A stretch of 64,000 nt of DNA. It comes from a virus. Shown piece by piece: positions 30,601-39,700 of the stretch. A program made the translations under genes and the position numbers. Every line of letters starts with the position of its first letter. Positions within the stretch are counted from its first letter, which is position 1. The DNA lies in IMG/VR virus record IMGVR_UViG_3300042444_000045, positions 1 through 64,000 of that record. One strand, 5' to 3'. The notes under the pieces were generated by a model. That model searched no databases and was not told the DNA's origin. It saw only the letters and a program-made list of their open reading frames with translations.

Positions 30601-31389
30601 AACACCACCAGCAGCACCACCAGTTACTCCTGTTAGTGCACCAAGAACAAGTTCTTCAGCCATAACTTCACCAATAATACCAGCAGTGTATCCAAAGTTC
30701 ATTAATGCATTATTGAAAAATGAACCGACCCCACCTCTAGAAGAGTAACCTATTGATGTAGCTTCTTCATAAGCTCTAGCTTCTTGTAGGTCTCCACCAA
30801 AGTCTCCAGTAATTGCATTAAGCAAACTCTTGGGTCCAGATACAAGACCGAGACCAGCTAGTGGAAGGAAGGAATAGTTGACCATTCTTTGAAAGTCATC
30901 CCAACCTGTAGTACCAGCATTAAAGTTAGATTCATTATCTCTTAGAGGAGTAAAACCAATTTTATCAAATGTTTTTTGACCAAGTGCAGCATATCTATCA
31001 TAGTAGGCATTACCTTTAGAGCTTGAATCATATTGGTAGATTCTAGCATAGGTATTCTTATCTTGGGATGCTTTTATACTACTGTGTATATAATCACCAA
31101 AGCCTGATATGATATCTTTTGTTGAAGCACTCTTTGGTGAACCCGGTCTTCCTGGTGCATTACCAACAACATTTTGTTTTACATTAAGTTGTTCTTGGTT
31201 CAGTTTATCAAACTGTGGTAGAACAGAAGTAAAAGAATCTGGTGCGGGAAAATTTATCTCAGGCATTTGTATTCTATCACCCCCAAAAGGAAGCATAGAC
31301 TGAGGTGTATTAGGAAGATTTAGATCACCATAACCAGCACCTAAATTATCTAGAGGGCTAAAGCCTTCGGTGTTATTTTCAGTAGCCAT
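24673..31389 (-). CDS. Large virion cargo protein with coiled coil and C-terminal PD-(D/E)XK nuclease domain
   Basis: Gly/Ala-rich hydrophobic N-terminal segments, a long heptad region and GIAGTVDLL...IYDIKT...QLSLY at about 25290-25960. It ends with Cys. Confidence 0.7.
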   Translation of the reverse strand: MATENNTEGFSPLDNLGAGYGDLNLPNTPQSMLPFGGDRIQMPEINFPAPDSFTSVLPQFDKLNQEQLNVKQNVVGNAPGRPGSPKSASTKDIISGFGDYIHSSIKASQDKNTYARIYQYDSSSKGNAYYDRYAALGQKTFDKIGFTPLRDNESNFNAGTTGWDDFQRMVNYSFLPLAGLGLVSGPKSLLNAITGDFGGDLQEARAYEEATSIGYSSRGGVGSFFNNALMNFGYTAGIIGEVMAEELVLGALTGVTGGAAGGVAATRTASNLARIGKGFSQAFYMDRFANVLGKSLTSLKNTEAARSFWKAANTPTGRFWNPLSNTFDAIGNVSKIGKFDNLTGLAKISKTAGGFYADVRNLNAAFSEGRLEGALVENNMYDRLYNEYWDKNGRAPSDEEDYKMRKMSKEASAETIGWNTGLVYLSNNITFGNIFKPKGGFGRLLEGKTADLMRTAEGRIVAESTKIAGGKAIQAEAKYIQNSWKESIKAFKEAPLQKTLGAAGRYTRANVAEGLQENAQETIAQATENYYVDMYNSQAVKSHLFARAAQTEGMRSKYSYYSDAWSEQNPFTEKGFETFATGFVMGIFGGGMNMVPGFVSKSYNRLFKPEKYQKYIESKNAYGEKLAATLNNNLFKDPINVINQKLLNLAIQEDATKMKGSGSRKLTIDASDRAFTSAVITAMMTNSIGAFKEQIASYKNLTEAEFEDAFKLEKGTGKKSLSKIDSVLQRIDEIEVDYKENNERYPDPVDLAGYKKGTEAYNKAALYLSAWDTSRNNVIFLGQTHRRHKNRMDKMATTVRSEKPLNKMSDTELMVLFDTDRLTSEIGMLKTEIESSKGLVSAAELKKKERVLAAMQDLQDKVEYYYRYDSAELEATISNMREQGMFKNVSDEGVVLDEEEAEARTREILQKRYNIKEKNDQNTTRAESDLELAYKEYLKSIADVRKDEYLEKNADKAFEYILDNYRLGREVSTLNKYINLLYNPNEFLDHVERNYAWMTQAYQNRKQYYDELVNQELSDIELNALLNELADKNIYVSADDIYEFRRNNKIPDEFFDNGRKVVIRRGSPEYDQYALLFLEAVKLKNLNPKARKDTNERLGMELMQLAVQEQEELAALPQKEQRKERGSLDMLGKKTVKLSEVANQLQSGDTLTAFYLVDGQPNELIVYKDGEIIKFNDKNGEVIDVLQLSYDIVDGKIFTVERVPADVIEAQKIKNKFAQKREEAIRKAIDDIESTPQVKTEDFIPFTVNTPLDQLDRGLYTDLQVEFNDFLAETDENGNYINKDENGVPLVEAYAELTDEQLLDKFEDFVRTSPRAKTVIENYNAEMQGRKLEEQAINIIAPIIDYNGKEMDMAMYTLEQAKEILADLESQYAIRSQKELTDEEKEDLLIDELNIKRLRRYIADVEAYGKEVKATEKEFSSDTEQLAAETAARKKLAEQALQRRIDLVEEKKKLIEKEEAEIADTLEYLQQLLDNTVELTGIQVEDLINKIEQLDKTTAQLLKANQKKRSGKIKERSGLYKQQLRREFAIANDIMNRVRELKQQQEQLAAIRRDLKKQADYYRNLLADPKFDLFTKTDIRNKIKKIEKKMGTIQRLIEILRNAIARSTEYLKEYLGIWKKQNSALSKLKKNTGYEEVSANLGELIRATDDISKMKVEGFAELSRQVNQLERDINTTMDNVEFIDEVREQEQNRMMELEAALQKYQDQLRYLYDLLEPVAGDIIREPISSGDIKSPTPTEVRAQTVEEVFAQEEEKTIISTFSLADIADLDQALSEKAGRPLTVQEQKLDSVRSTIREVLRNASFIKLTEDGSKYVNTKTGKEYMRVTSYTKEDEIKDPKSDTESMEEYRKRLTDLGYSEKDVNQKMLLASSQIIGTEIDEYIRDFFSGKLKDLNKYKFAPVEEIEKLKARLETIKASLDARGEIVLANNVVLYNDELGIAGTVDLLTFDVNGDVRIYDIKTMRGNQFAETYAGENIVKYESKSFGGKSKRQQHTEQLSLYRILLNNTHGLKAKTLAVLPIALDYDAGGNSTRTIDVLSGVEITPQDAVGATAVLIEQQSTPQQVQNSPQAVTGIKVATDIQDELRKQLNLMGYSNSTINLLPKAEIEYIIKNGIPKEQYANRVVTQTMTDNNGMFWALQGDPITITSISSKGVEVSKINGKSSIFITFNQLTSQTQMSTAIKPQAPVVEQTEDTKAVLKESSDLAQEVIKTEINNVEDRIKDAKIEDLESDVFNSKIC

Positions 31390-34300
31390 TTACACGTTGA
31401 TTGTTTACTTGTTTTGCACTATTAAAACCTGTTATAACATTATCTCTAAGTTCACTTAAGTTTTGCTTAGCGTTATCTGCAATAGTTGTATATTCAGGAA
31501 GCACCCATGTATTTGTTTCTGTATCAAATACAGGGAGGCTATAGTTCATTTCATAACTACCGTCTCCACCAATTACAGACTGTTTAATATCTATCTTGTA
31601 TCTAGGATCAACTGGATCTGTCCAAGTATATTTATTATCTCTATCTACATATGCAGCTAGCGGATCTACAAACATGCTGTTGTACATATCACTATTAAAT
31701 GATTTTCTATTCATTATAATAGATAGGCCATTCTCCATAAGCTGTGTTGCTTGACTTGGAGATAATAGACCACCTTCTATACCACCTTCATCACCCACCT
31801 TACCAGTAAGTTTTTTAATTAATTCTGGTGGAAGTTGAAATATATATGCAGATTTACCAGCATTGTTCATAGCAATAGGTGCTACACCAAGTCTAAAGTT
31901 GAAACCTTTAGGTGCAGCATCCATAGATCTTTGTAGTTCAGCAAGTATTGCTCTTGTAGTTTCATCTGATAGTTTGTTTTCTGCACCAGTTTGACTAATA
32001 CCGCCTACACTAAGAGTAACATTTTTAGCATCTCCTAGATCTTGTGATCTAATATTATTTAATACTTGACCATAATGATATGTACCCCAAGAGCTCTTAG
32101 GATTGATTACAGTAAACTGTGCTTTACCAAACATACCTGAACCATCTGACATCTTTTCTAATCCTGGTATTGTTTTTCTACCAGTTATTTTAGATACCAC
32201 ATTTGGATCACTTACTATTTGACTTGCTGCTGAAATTGCTTGTTTATAATAGTTACCATACATCTTAGATTCAATTACCTGGTCAAGCCAGTTACCTGGC
32301 CCGAATCTATCAAGATTTGCAATTCCTTTTCCTATTAAAGCAAGTCCTTTATCTGTAATATCAAATGGAGTCATGCCACGTGTTGCAGCATCAATTGCAA
32401 TGTTTCTTCCGGCTCTATTAGCAGCTTCTCTCTTAATTCTATTGATATTATCCATCTCTTCTTTGGATAACTGACCTGATTTCATGAGTGCTTCAAAGAA
32501 TTGTTTTTCATTCCTCTTGTTACCCTTCTCATCATATAATAGATTGGCTCCTTTGATACCTTGTCTTGCAAGTTCTTTTTCTACACCAGTAGCAAGATCC
32601 TTCTCAAATTTTTTACTCTCACCAAGGAACAGTAAGTAGTCATCAAACTTAGTAGATGTTGTAGCTAACTGATCCTGTACACTTTTGACACTAGATAGTT
32701 CAGCATTCTCACTTACAAAAGTTTTAAATCTCGTGTTGATAGCTTTCATCCAATTAGTACCAACTTTATCTGTCAAAAATGAATTTGGATTAGTCTGGAT
32801 TTGTTTTGCCCATCTATTTAGATCAGCATATTTATTTTCATTACCATTAATGATGAAGTTAATTTGTTTCTGAGTTAACTTCTTACCTGTATTAGGATCA
32901 GTACCTTCAGTGAGCACTCTCATCATAGTGTTGAAATATGGTACAGCATAGTTCTGTGTATACCTTTGCTGAACCACCTCATTCTCTGCTCTTAAATTTG
33001 TTTTAGATGTTGCAGTACCTGCATCAAGTAGTTCTGTAAAGAAATGTGCTTGATCAAATTTTTCTACTAGCTCACCTTTCTCATTTAAGAAGTGTGTTCC
33101 AGCATCAAGTTTGTACTTTCTATCATCAAGTTTTTGTTTTAAACCTGCCTTATATTCAGCAAGTGCTTGCTCATTCTTATACTTCTGATTCATCAAAGAC
33201 AAGTTCTGAGCATACTTTTCATTATTTACTTGATATGGGTTTGCATCCATATCTTGGAAATAGTTTCTAAAAGCATACACGTGAGCTGCTTCACCAAGTT
33301 TTTTGGTCATTAAATTAGCTGCAACACCAGAGTCTACCTTGTATCTAAAAGACTTGATATCTCCATATGGATTATTCTGATCTGTACCTTGGTTACTATT
33401 AAAGAGATCATTTTCCTTCTTAACTCTTTCAAGTACTTGGTCATTGATTTCTTTATTCATCACATACTGGTCAAGAGCTTTTTTTAGTCTAGGGTCTTTA
33501 TTACCGGCATCTATCTGACCCTTAATGTCCGCTATCTTGTTATCATATACAGAACTCTGCTCTTGCATTTGTTTGTAAGCAGCTTGGTTTTGTATCTTCA
33601 TGATATTAAACTTATCTTGAAGATAACTCATCTCAGCAGCATTCTTATCACCATTAAATTGAGCAGCATTAACTTCAGCATAGTTCTTTCTTTCTACATA
33701 TGCTTGAGTTTTAAAATATGATTGTATAGAGGGATCACTACCTAGTCTAGCTTCAAATAACTTTTGTAAAGGTTCTTCAAGCTGTTCACCATTCTTAGTT
33801 TTGATTACCCATCTATTGTCTCCACTAATAGTTACAGATTGCACATCACCAAAGTCTTTAGCAATCTCATTAGCCCTACCCATAATATCAACATTTGGGG
33901 TATACTTTACATTGGCAAATGACATTGCTTCCTCATCAGTAGCATTTTTAAATTCCTCAGTTTTGTACATTATTTCTTGTACTCCCGGATCCCAGTACTT
34001 TTTATTCATCTCAGGATCCAATGAGTTTCTAAAACTTTCTGCACCAGCAATTTCAGTGTTTTTGGTTTTAGTCCAAGCCATATCCTTCATAAGATCTTTG
34101 TTCTCATAAAAAGGTCTAAATACCTGGGTAGCTTGTCTTACATTCTGTTCAAGAGAAAGATCTAATTGTGATATTCTTTTTAGATTAAACTGAGCATCTT
34201 TAATAAAAGAATCTCTTGAAGCAACATTTTTATCACGGGTAAGCTCTGCATAATAGTACTTACTGTACATATTGTTGAGAGCCTTCCAGTTGTTGTCATA

Positions 34301-34405
34301 CTGAGTCTGCTTTGTTTGTAAAACATTACCATAGAAATTAAGGTCAGGCTGAAAAGGCTGAAACTGTGGTATGAAATCTGTAACTCCCTGTAAGTAGGTT
34401 GCCAT
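31379..34405 (-). CDS. Putative virion cargo protein (1008 aa)
   Basis: First gene of the giant-gene operon. Helical, Cys-free by eye, starting MATYLQGVTDFIPQFQPFQPD. Confidence 0.55.
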   Translation of the reverse strand: MATYLQGVTDFIPQFQPFQPDLNFYGNVLQTKQTQYDNNWKALNNMYSKYYYAELTRDKNVASRDSFIKDAQFNLKRISQLDLSLEQNVRQATQVFRPFYENKDLMKDMAWTKTKNTEIAGAESFRNSLDPEMNKKYWDPGVQEIMYKTEEFKNATDEEAMSFANVKYTPNVDIMGRANEIAKDFGDVQSVTISGDNRWVIKTKNGEQLEEPLQKLFEARLGSDPSIQSYFKTQAYVERKNYAEVNAAQFNGDKNAAEMSYLQDKFNIMKIQNQAAYKQMQEQSSVYDNKIADIKGQIDAGNKDPRLKKALDQYVMNKEINDQVLERVKKENDLFNSNQGTDQNNPYGDIKSFRYKVDSGVAANLMTKKLGEAAHVYAFRNYFQDMDANPYQVNNEKYAQNLSLMNQKYKNEQALAEYKAGLKQKLDDRKYKLDAGTHFLNEKGELVEKFDQAHFFTELLDAGTATSKTNLRAENEVVQQRYTQNYAVPYFNTMMRVLTEGTDPNTGKKLTQKQINFIINGNENKYADLNRWAKQIQTNPNSFLTDKVGTNWMKAINTRFKTFVSENAELSSVKSVQDQLATTSTKFDDYLLFLGESKKFEKDLATGVEKELARQGIKGANLLYDEKGNKRNEKQFFEALMKSGQLSKEEMDNINRIKREAANRAGRNIAIDAATRGMTPFDITDKGLALIGKGIANLDRFGPGNWLDQVIESKMYGNYYKQAISAASQIVSDPNVVSKITGRKTIPGLEKMSDGSGMFGKAQFTVINPKSSWGTYHYGQVLNNIRSQDLGDAKNVTLSVGGISQTGAENKLSDETTRAILAELQRSMDAAPKGFNFRLGVAPIAMNNAGKSAYIFQLPPELIKKLTGKVGDEGGIEGGLLSPSQATQLMENGLSIIMNRKSFNSDMYNSMFVDPLAAYVDRDNKYTWTDPVDPRYKIDIKQSVIGGDGSYEMNYSLPVFDTETNTWVLPEYTTIADNAKQNLSELRDNVITGFNSAKQVNNQRVNGY

Positions 34406-34415
34406 ATGTAATTCT

Positions 34416-34468
34416 TTATATTATAAAAATATCAAAATTTTTTAAGTTTAATAAACTTAAAAAGTTTA
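34416..34468 (-). promoter_or_regulatory. Putative late promoter with upstream palindrome
   Basis: Minus-strand TTTGATATTTTTATAATA plus the palindrome TAAACTT-AAA-AAGTTTA at 34452-34468, the same layout as at 41397-41444. Confidence 0.45.
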
Positions 34469-34471
34469 AGA

Positions 34472-36772
34472 CTAGAGACTTATGGCTGGAAACACAGTGT
34501 AGATAAAGCCTCCATCACGGAATGTTGTTCCTCCACCAAATCTTTTACCATACTTTATTTTGACAGCTTCTCTAAGCAAATCTTTGTCCATACCCTTATT
34601 AGCTTCAATGTACTCTTCCATTGTCATCTCTGGTTTAGTTGCAGTAGGATCTTTAGCACCCGGAGCCGCATAGACTCTACCACCAGAAGAAGGTGATACT
34701 TGATAGTCTGGATACATTTGGTTAAGAGCATCAGTCTTCCACTTATTAGTAACTGCCGTATTGTAGGCTTGAGCCATATTTGCTCTACCAGCTCTCTTAG
34801 CATTTTGAAACTGCTGATCTGCAATTACATTTTTGTCATAGACTCTGTTAGCCATTTGTTGGTTCATCAACTGTTCTTGGTTTCTAATACCAACTTGTTG
34901 TCCTTCAAACTGATTAGCAATACCAACATTCTGATTGTTAATTCTAGACAGAGTATCTGCAGCAGCTGCAGCCCCCTTACCTTGAATAGCAGACAGTCTA
35001 GAACCAAGAGCTTGTGGTCCGGCAAATTGTGCAGAAGCTTGAGCAGCAATATTAGCTTGTTCAGATTGTGCAGCAAGTTCTCTTGTGGGATCTAAGAATG
35101 TAGGTCTTGGTTCTTCAAGATCAACTCTTGCTTCCCACGGCATCCTTTTTCTAATACCCATAAGATCACCAAAAGCACCCGCAGCATTTACTGTATCCTG
35201 TAACCACCATTCAGCTTCTCTTACTGGGGTTGTTTCAATTGACATACTGCTGTCACCTTCAGTTGTTTCTTCTTCACACTTTAAACAGTTACCATTAGCA
35301 TCTTTACCAACTGTATATGTACTCTTATCAGATTTTGTACAAATACATTCTTCAAGACATGGTTTACAGTCACCCTTTTCATCTTTCTGTGCAAACTTTC
35401 CGGGTATTTCTTTACCATCTTTATCTGTACATGGACATTCTTTTACTGGTGGCTTCTCTTCTGTATAAATTGCTTCTTCTTTTACAACCTCACCTTTTTG
35501 TTCACATGCACCAAGTGTAACTAAGTGTTGATTATATAATTTTGTACCTGGTTGATAACCAGCATATGCAAGAACTTCAGCAGCTGTCTTACCGTAGTGT
35601 CTGCTACCCTTGGTCTTCATGTTTCTACATAGATCAGAGATAAGATTAGGATTTGAACCACCCGATGGTGCTTGCTGTCTTTCATATTCTTTTCTACCTT
35701 CTACTTGTCCTCTTGTTTGATTGTACTTATATTCACCTTGAGCATCTTTTCTAGTTTCCCAAGTACTCTTCTTATAATCCTCTGGGTTTACTTTTGTAAC
35801 TGTTTTTGGTCTAGGAGTACCATCGTTAGCAACTGGTAGATCTCCACCCGTAGCATACATTCTTCTTCTATTTCCCATATAGTTTTGAGACATGCCTGTA
35901 CCCATTGGCATACCATATTCTGCTTCCGGTAGATCATAGAATGGCATATCATAACCACCCATAGACATACCATATTGAGCCATTGGTGCCATACCAGGTT
36001 CTGGCATTTGTTGTGGCATTTGTTGAGGCATTGGTTGTGGTTGGGCAATAGGTTGTCCATCAGGCATTGTTTCTGGAAACTCTGCTTGTGCTTCTTGCAT
36101 CTCTGCCTCAGGCATTTGCTGTTCCTGTTGCATTGCAAGCTCTGGTATAAGATCTTCATCTCTTAACCCCATAGCTTCCATGTAAGGTCTAGCAATTATT
36201 GGAATACCTTGTGGAAATGCTTTTCTAGATTCTTGTGCTAGAGCAAGAGCTCCTAGCTTCATTACATAGTTCTTGATCATAATCTCAGCAGTAGTTCTAG
36301 CTATCTTATCTGAGTTAGGATCTTGAAGTATTTTTCTATAGTTGTTTATATCATATTTCTTAGATAGTTCTGCTGGAGTATAACCACCTTTCTTAGGTTT
36401 TACACCAAACATATCTAGTACTTTAGGATCTGAAATCTTCATAGATTTAGTATCACTATAGATAAAACTATCTTCAGGCAGTAATAATGGTACACCACCA
36501 TTAGAGTGTCTTGGACCCTTAATAGTTTTGAATGATGGCATCTTACTACCATCTAAATTACCTACTACAGTCTCACCACCTTCTGCTTCTAAGTTAGCAG
36601 CTGATCTAGGAACAGCAGTTAGAGTTTTAGAAACCTGTGGTTTATGTGCTCCTATATAGGCATTGTAATCTGCCCCACCGAATGCAGGTACATCATTAGC
36701 AAGAGAACCTTGTACTTGGTACCCGGTTCTTGCTTTTGGAACAGACTTGATTATTCTTACTTTTCTTAACAT
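34472..36772 (-). CDS. Putative virion protein with GG motifs, a Q/P/M-rich linker and a Cys-rich tandem module
   Basis: 766 aa. N-terminal EAEGGE...GPRHSNGGV module, PQQM repeats, two ECxC...C-x2-C repeats and a Gln/Ala-rich helical C-terminal half. Confidence 0.55.
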   Translation of the reverse strand: MLRKVRIIKSVPKARTGYQVQGSLANDVPAFGGADYNAYIGAHKPQVSKTLTAVPRSAANLEAEGGETVVGNLDGSKMPSFKTIKGPRHSNGGVPLLLPEDSFIYSDTKSMKISDPKVLDMFGVKPKKGGYTPAELSKKYDINNYRKILQDPNSDKIARTTAEIMIKNYVMKLGALALAQESRKAFPQGIPIIARPYMEAMGLRDEDLIPELAMQQEQQMPEAEMQEAQAEFPETMPDGQPIAQPQPMPQQMPQQMPEPGMAPMAQYGMSMGGYDMPFYDLPEAEYGMPMGTGMSQNYMGNRRRMYATGGDLPVANDGTPRPKTVTKVNPEDYKKSTWETRKDAQGEYKYNQTRGQVEGRKEYERQQAPSGGSNPNLISDLCRNMKTKGSRHYGKTAAEVLAYAGYQPGTKLYNQHLVTLGACEQKGEVVKEEAIYTEEKPPVKECPCTDKDGKEIPGKFAQKDEKGDCKPCLEECICTKSDKSTYTVGKDANGNCLKCEEETTEGDSSMSIETTPVREAEWWLQDTVNAAGAFGDLMGIRKRMPWEARVDLEEPRPTFLDPTRELAAQSEQANIAAQASAQFAGPQALGSRLSAIQGKGAAAAADTLSRINNQNVGIANQFEGQQVGIRNQEQLMNQQMANRVYDKNVIADQQFQNAKRAGRANMAQAYNTAVTNKWKTDALNQMYPDYQVSPSSGGRVYAAPGAKDPTATKPEMTMEEYIEANKGMDKDLLREAVKIKYGKRFGGGTTFRDGGFIYTVFPAISL
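36003..36038. repeat. 12-bp tandem repeat x3 encoding the (M)PQQ/QPQP linker
   Basis: GGCATTTGTTGT, GGCATTTGTTGA, GGCATTGGTTGT. Confidence 0.7.
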
Positions 36773-36781
36773 AATATAAAG

Positions 36782-39700
36782 TTAAATAAATTGTATTTGA
36801 CCACCGTTTGCCATGTACTCCTTGATCTCTTCATCTGTCATGTAAACTTCTTCTCCGTCTTCAAAGTCATCATCTACATAACCACCCATTTGTGCCGATC
36901 TACCATACCAAGTTTGACCTTGTTCATCTGGTCTGTATAGTCCAGACTCTGCATAGTCACCACGGTCTCTACTTGGATCAGAAGCATAAAGATTATCAGC
37001 AGTAAGGTTATCATAGAAACCTTCCATCTGTTTAGTATCATCTCTTCTATTTTTAAATCCTGCAACTCCACGCATTAATGAGTTACCTGCAATTAGTCTA
37101 GCCTCTCTTTCACCTTGTGAAAGTTTGTTCTTAACATCAATTGCTAAAGGTTCAGAGTATGTTTTGGCAACCTGGAATTCTTCTTGTTGCATTGGATCAA
37201 TCTTGATCTCTGGAGCCTGTGGACCTTTATAGGTTGCATCTACACCATAACTTACAGAACCATCATCATTCTTTTGATTAACTATGCCTTGTGATGACAT
37301 TGCTCCCCAGTTAACTTGTCCCTGAGCACCTTGAATTCCAGAGTTTAAGCTTATTAAGTCTAAGTCAGACTTACCTTGCATCATAGGATTATTAGTATAT
37401 GCTATAGGGCTTTCACCAGTAAATGGTTGGTTATTTCCACCACCTACAAATTTACTTAGTGCACCACCATATTTACGGCTGTTTGCAACTCTATCAATCT
37501 CATCCCATCTTTGTTCCATTTGTAGAACAACTTTTTCTCTAGCTTTATTTTTTTCAGCAGTTGATGCTGAACTATTCATAATTTGATTTATAGTTCTCTG
37601 AGCTTGATCTGCAACTTTAGCTTTTTCTTGTTCCGCTTGCTTTTGTTTAAAAATCCTACTAGCATTTTCAGCTTCTTGATTAGTTACAATACCATCTTTA
37701 CGTGCATTCTGCATTGCTCTAACATAATCAGGATCTTTTTTCATACCTGCCATATTAGGCTTAAATGTATAGTCTTTACCAGCATTAGGATTTCTTCTCT
37801 GTTGTGCTCTGAGTTGATCTAGACTTGGACCACTTGGTGCAGGTCTATTTGTAGGTTGATTATTTCTACTAGGCACAGGAGCTGTAGGTTGTGCAAATGG
37901 TGGATAGTAATACTCACCACCTCCTACAGGTAGTTCAAATGGATTTACACCAGGTTGAAGTATATCAGCAGGATAAGCAGTACCTGACCAAGCACCCATA
38001 TCAATCATTGGATTGAGTTCTTGAAGTCTAGCTTCATATGCAGCCTCTGGATTTTGAATAAAATTGTAATCAATCATTCCAGGAGTTACTAAGGCTTCAT
38101 CTGGATTATAAGGTTGTTGACCTACCATGTATTGTTCTTCAAATGGAACTATACTATCTGTTTCATTTGACATAGGACCAACAGTAGACATATAATCTTG
38201 GAATGCCATATCTGGATAATAAGATCCTTGGTCTAGAAGCTGACGTTCAAATTCCATTTCTGCAGCGCTATTAGGATCCATATCAATATCTTCTGGATTA
38301 GTAACTGGTACTTCAGGAAGAGCTGTAGGAATATTAGCAGCAGGAATATCAACTTTAGGTAAACTGCTATCACCTTCTTGAATAATATCATTTCCTTGAA
38401 CAACATCACTTTCTTCAGTAACATTATTTCCTTCAATAACATTTTCCTGAGTGGTGGCTGGACCCCTATTGAAACCCATCATCATTGGATTTCTTTGTAA
38501 GCTTTCTCTATTAATCTTTTCTTGTTCAGGAGAAGCAAAGAAAGATGGATCTGGAGCCATATCTCTTGACCTTTGATCTAATAATTCAGCTACCTTATCA
38601 TCTATTTGTTCAGGTGTAGGATCTGTCTTTAAAAACTCATCAAGATTTGTTTGGAGATCTGAATTAAGATCACCTCTAACATCTCCCCAAGAAGTAGTTA
38701 AATAATCTTGTGCAGATAATTCAGGCTTTGGTTGAGTATAATCAAAAGGGGCATTCTGATCAATTGCAGTAAACTCTACATTAGTAGGATCTTCCTCATA
38801 GAGTTTTTTAAGTTCTCTATCTCTTTTTCTTTCTCCCTGTCTAATAGCTCTCTTAGATTTACCTTTAAGACCAGTTACATCAGTTCTATCACCATAGCCA
38901 GCATTTTCTAATGCTTGTTGTTTTTGAGATCTTTGTGTTGATTTAGTATCCTTACCCTTTGCTCCATCAAGAGAGATTAAGTTCTCATATCTTGGATCAC
39001 CTTCAGAACCATAGTAAATGGTGTACTTCTTAGGTGTACCTGTAATACCACTCTTTCTTACATCAATAGCAGATAAATAATTACCAGCACCTGGACCACC
39101 TTGTCTAGTTTCACCAGTAACCGGATTGTATATTCTTTGAACTACATCATTCTGTCTACTTCTTGTAAGGTTAGCCGGAATAAAGTTTTTAATAAAACCA
39201 CCACCTTGCATATATGCATCAGTAACATCTTTAGAATCCATGTACTGAATCTGATTTTCAGAGAGATCATTAATAGATGGATCATATCCACCACCAACAA
39301 ATCTCTGTAGTGGCTCCATTGGATTATTAAAAGGATCTGTTACAAACCCACCTTGTTGTTTATAATTTAGAACAGTCGTTCCCTCATTCTCAAACCAATA
39401 TTTATTATCAAGATAGTTGTAACTCTTATCTTTCTTTGTAATATATGCTATAGGTCTAGTTGAAGAATTATGTTTCTTTGGGTCACCTTTATATTTTGCA
39501 AAGGAACCATCCATTCTCTTCCTATAATAGTATCCTGGTTTGTCTTTTATTGTAAAGGCATCAAGTGTTTTAGCATCTCCTTTATCTAATCTATCAATTA
39601 ATGATTGATCTTTTACATCTTTAAAGACAGTAGATTCACCATCCCCTGGTATATATTGCCATTTACCAAGTTGATTATTATATGCATAGTAATCACTGCT

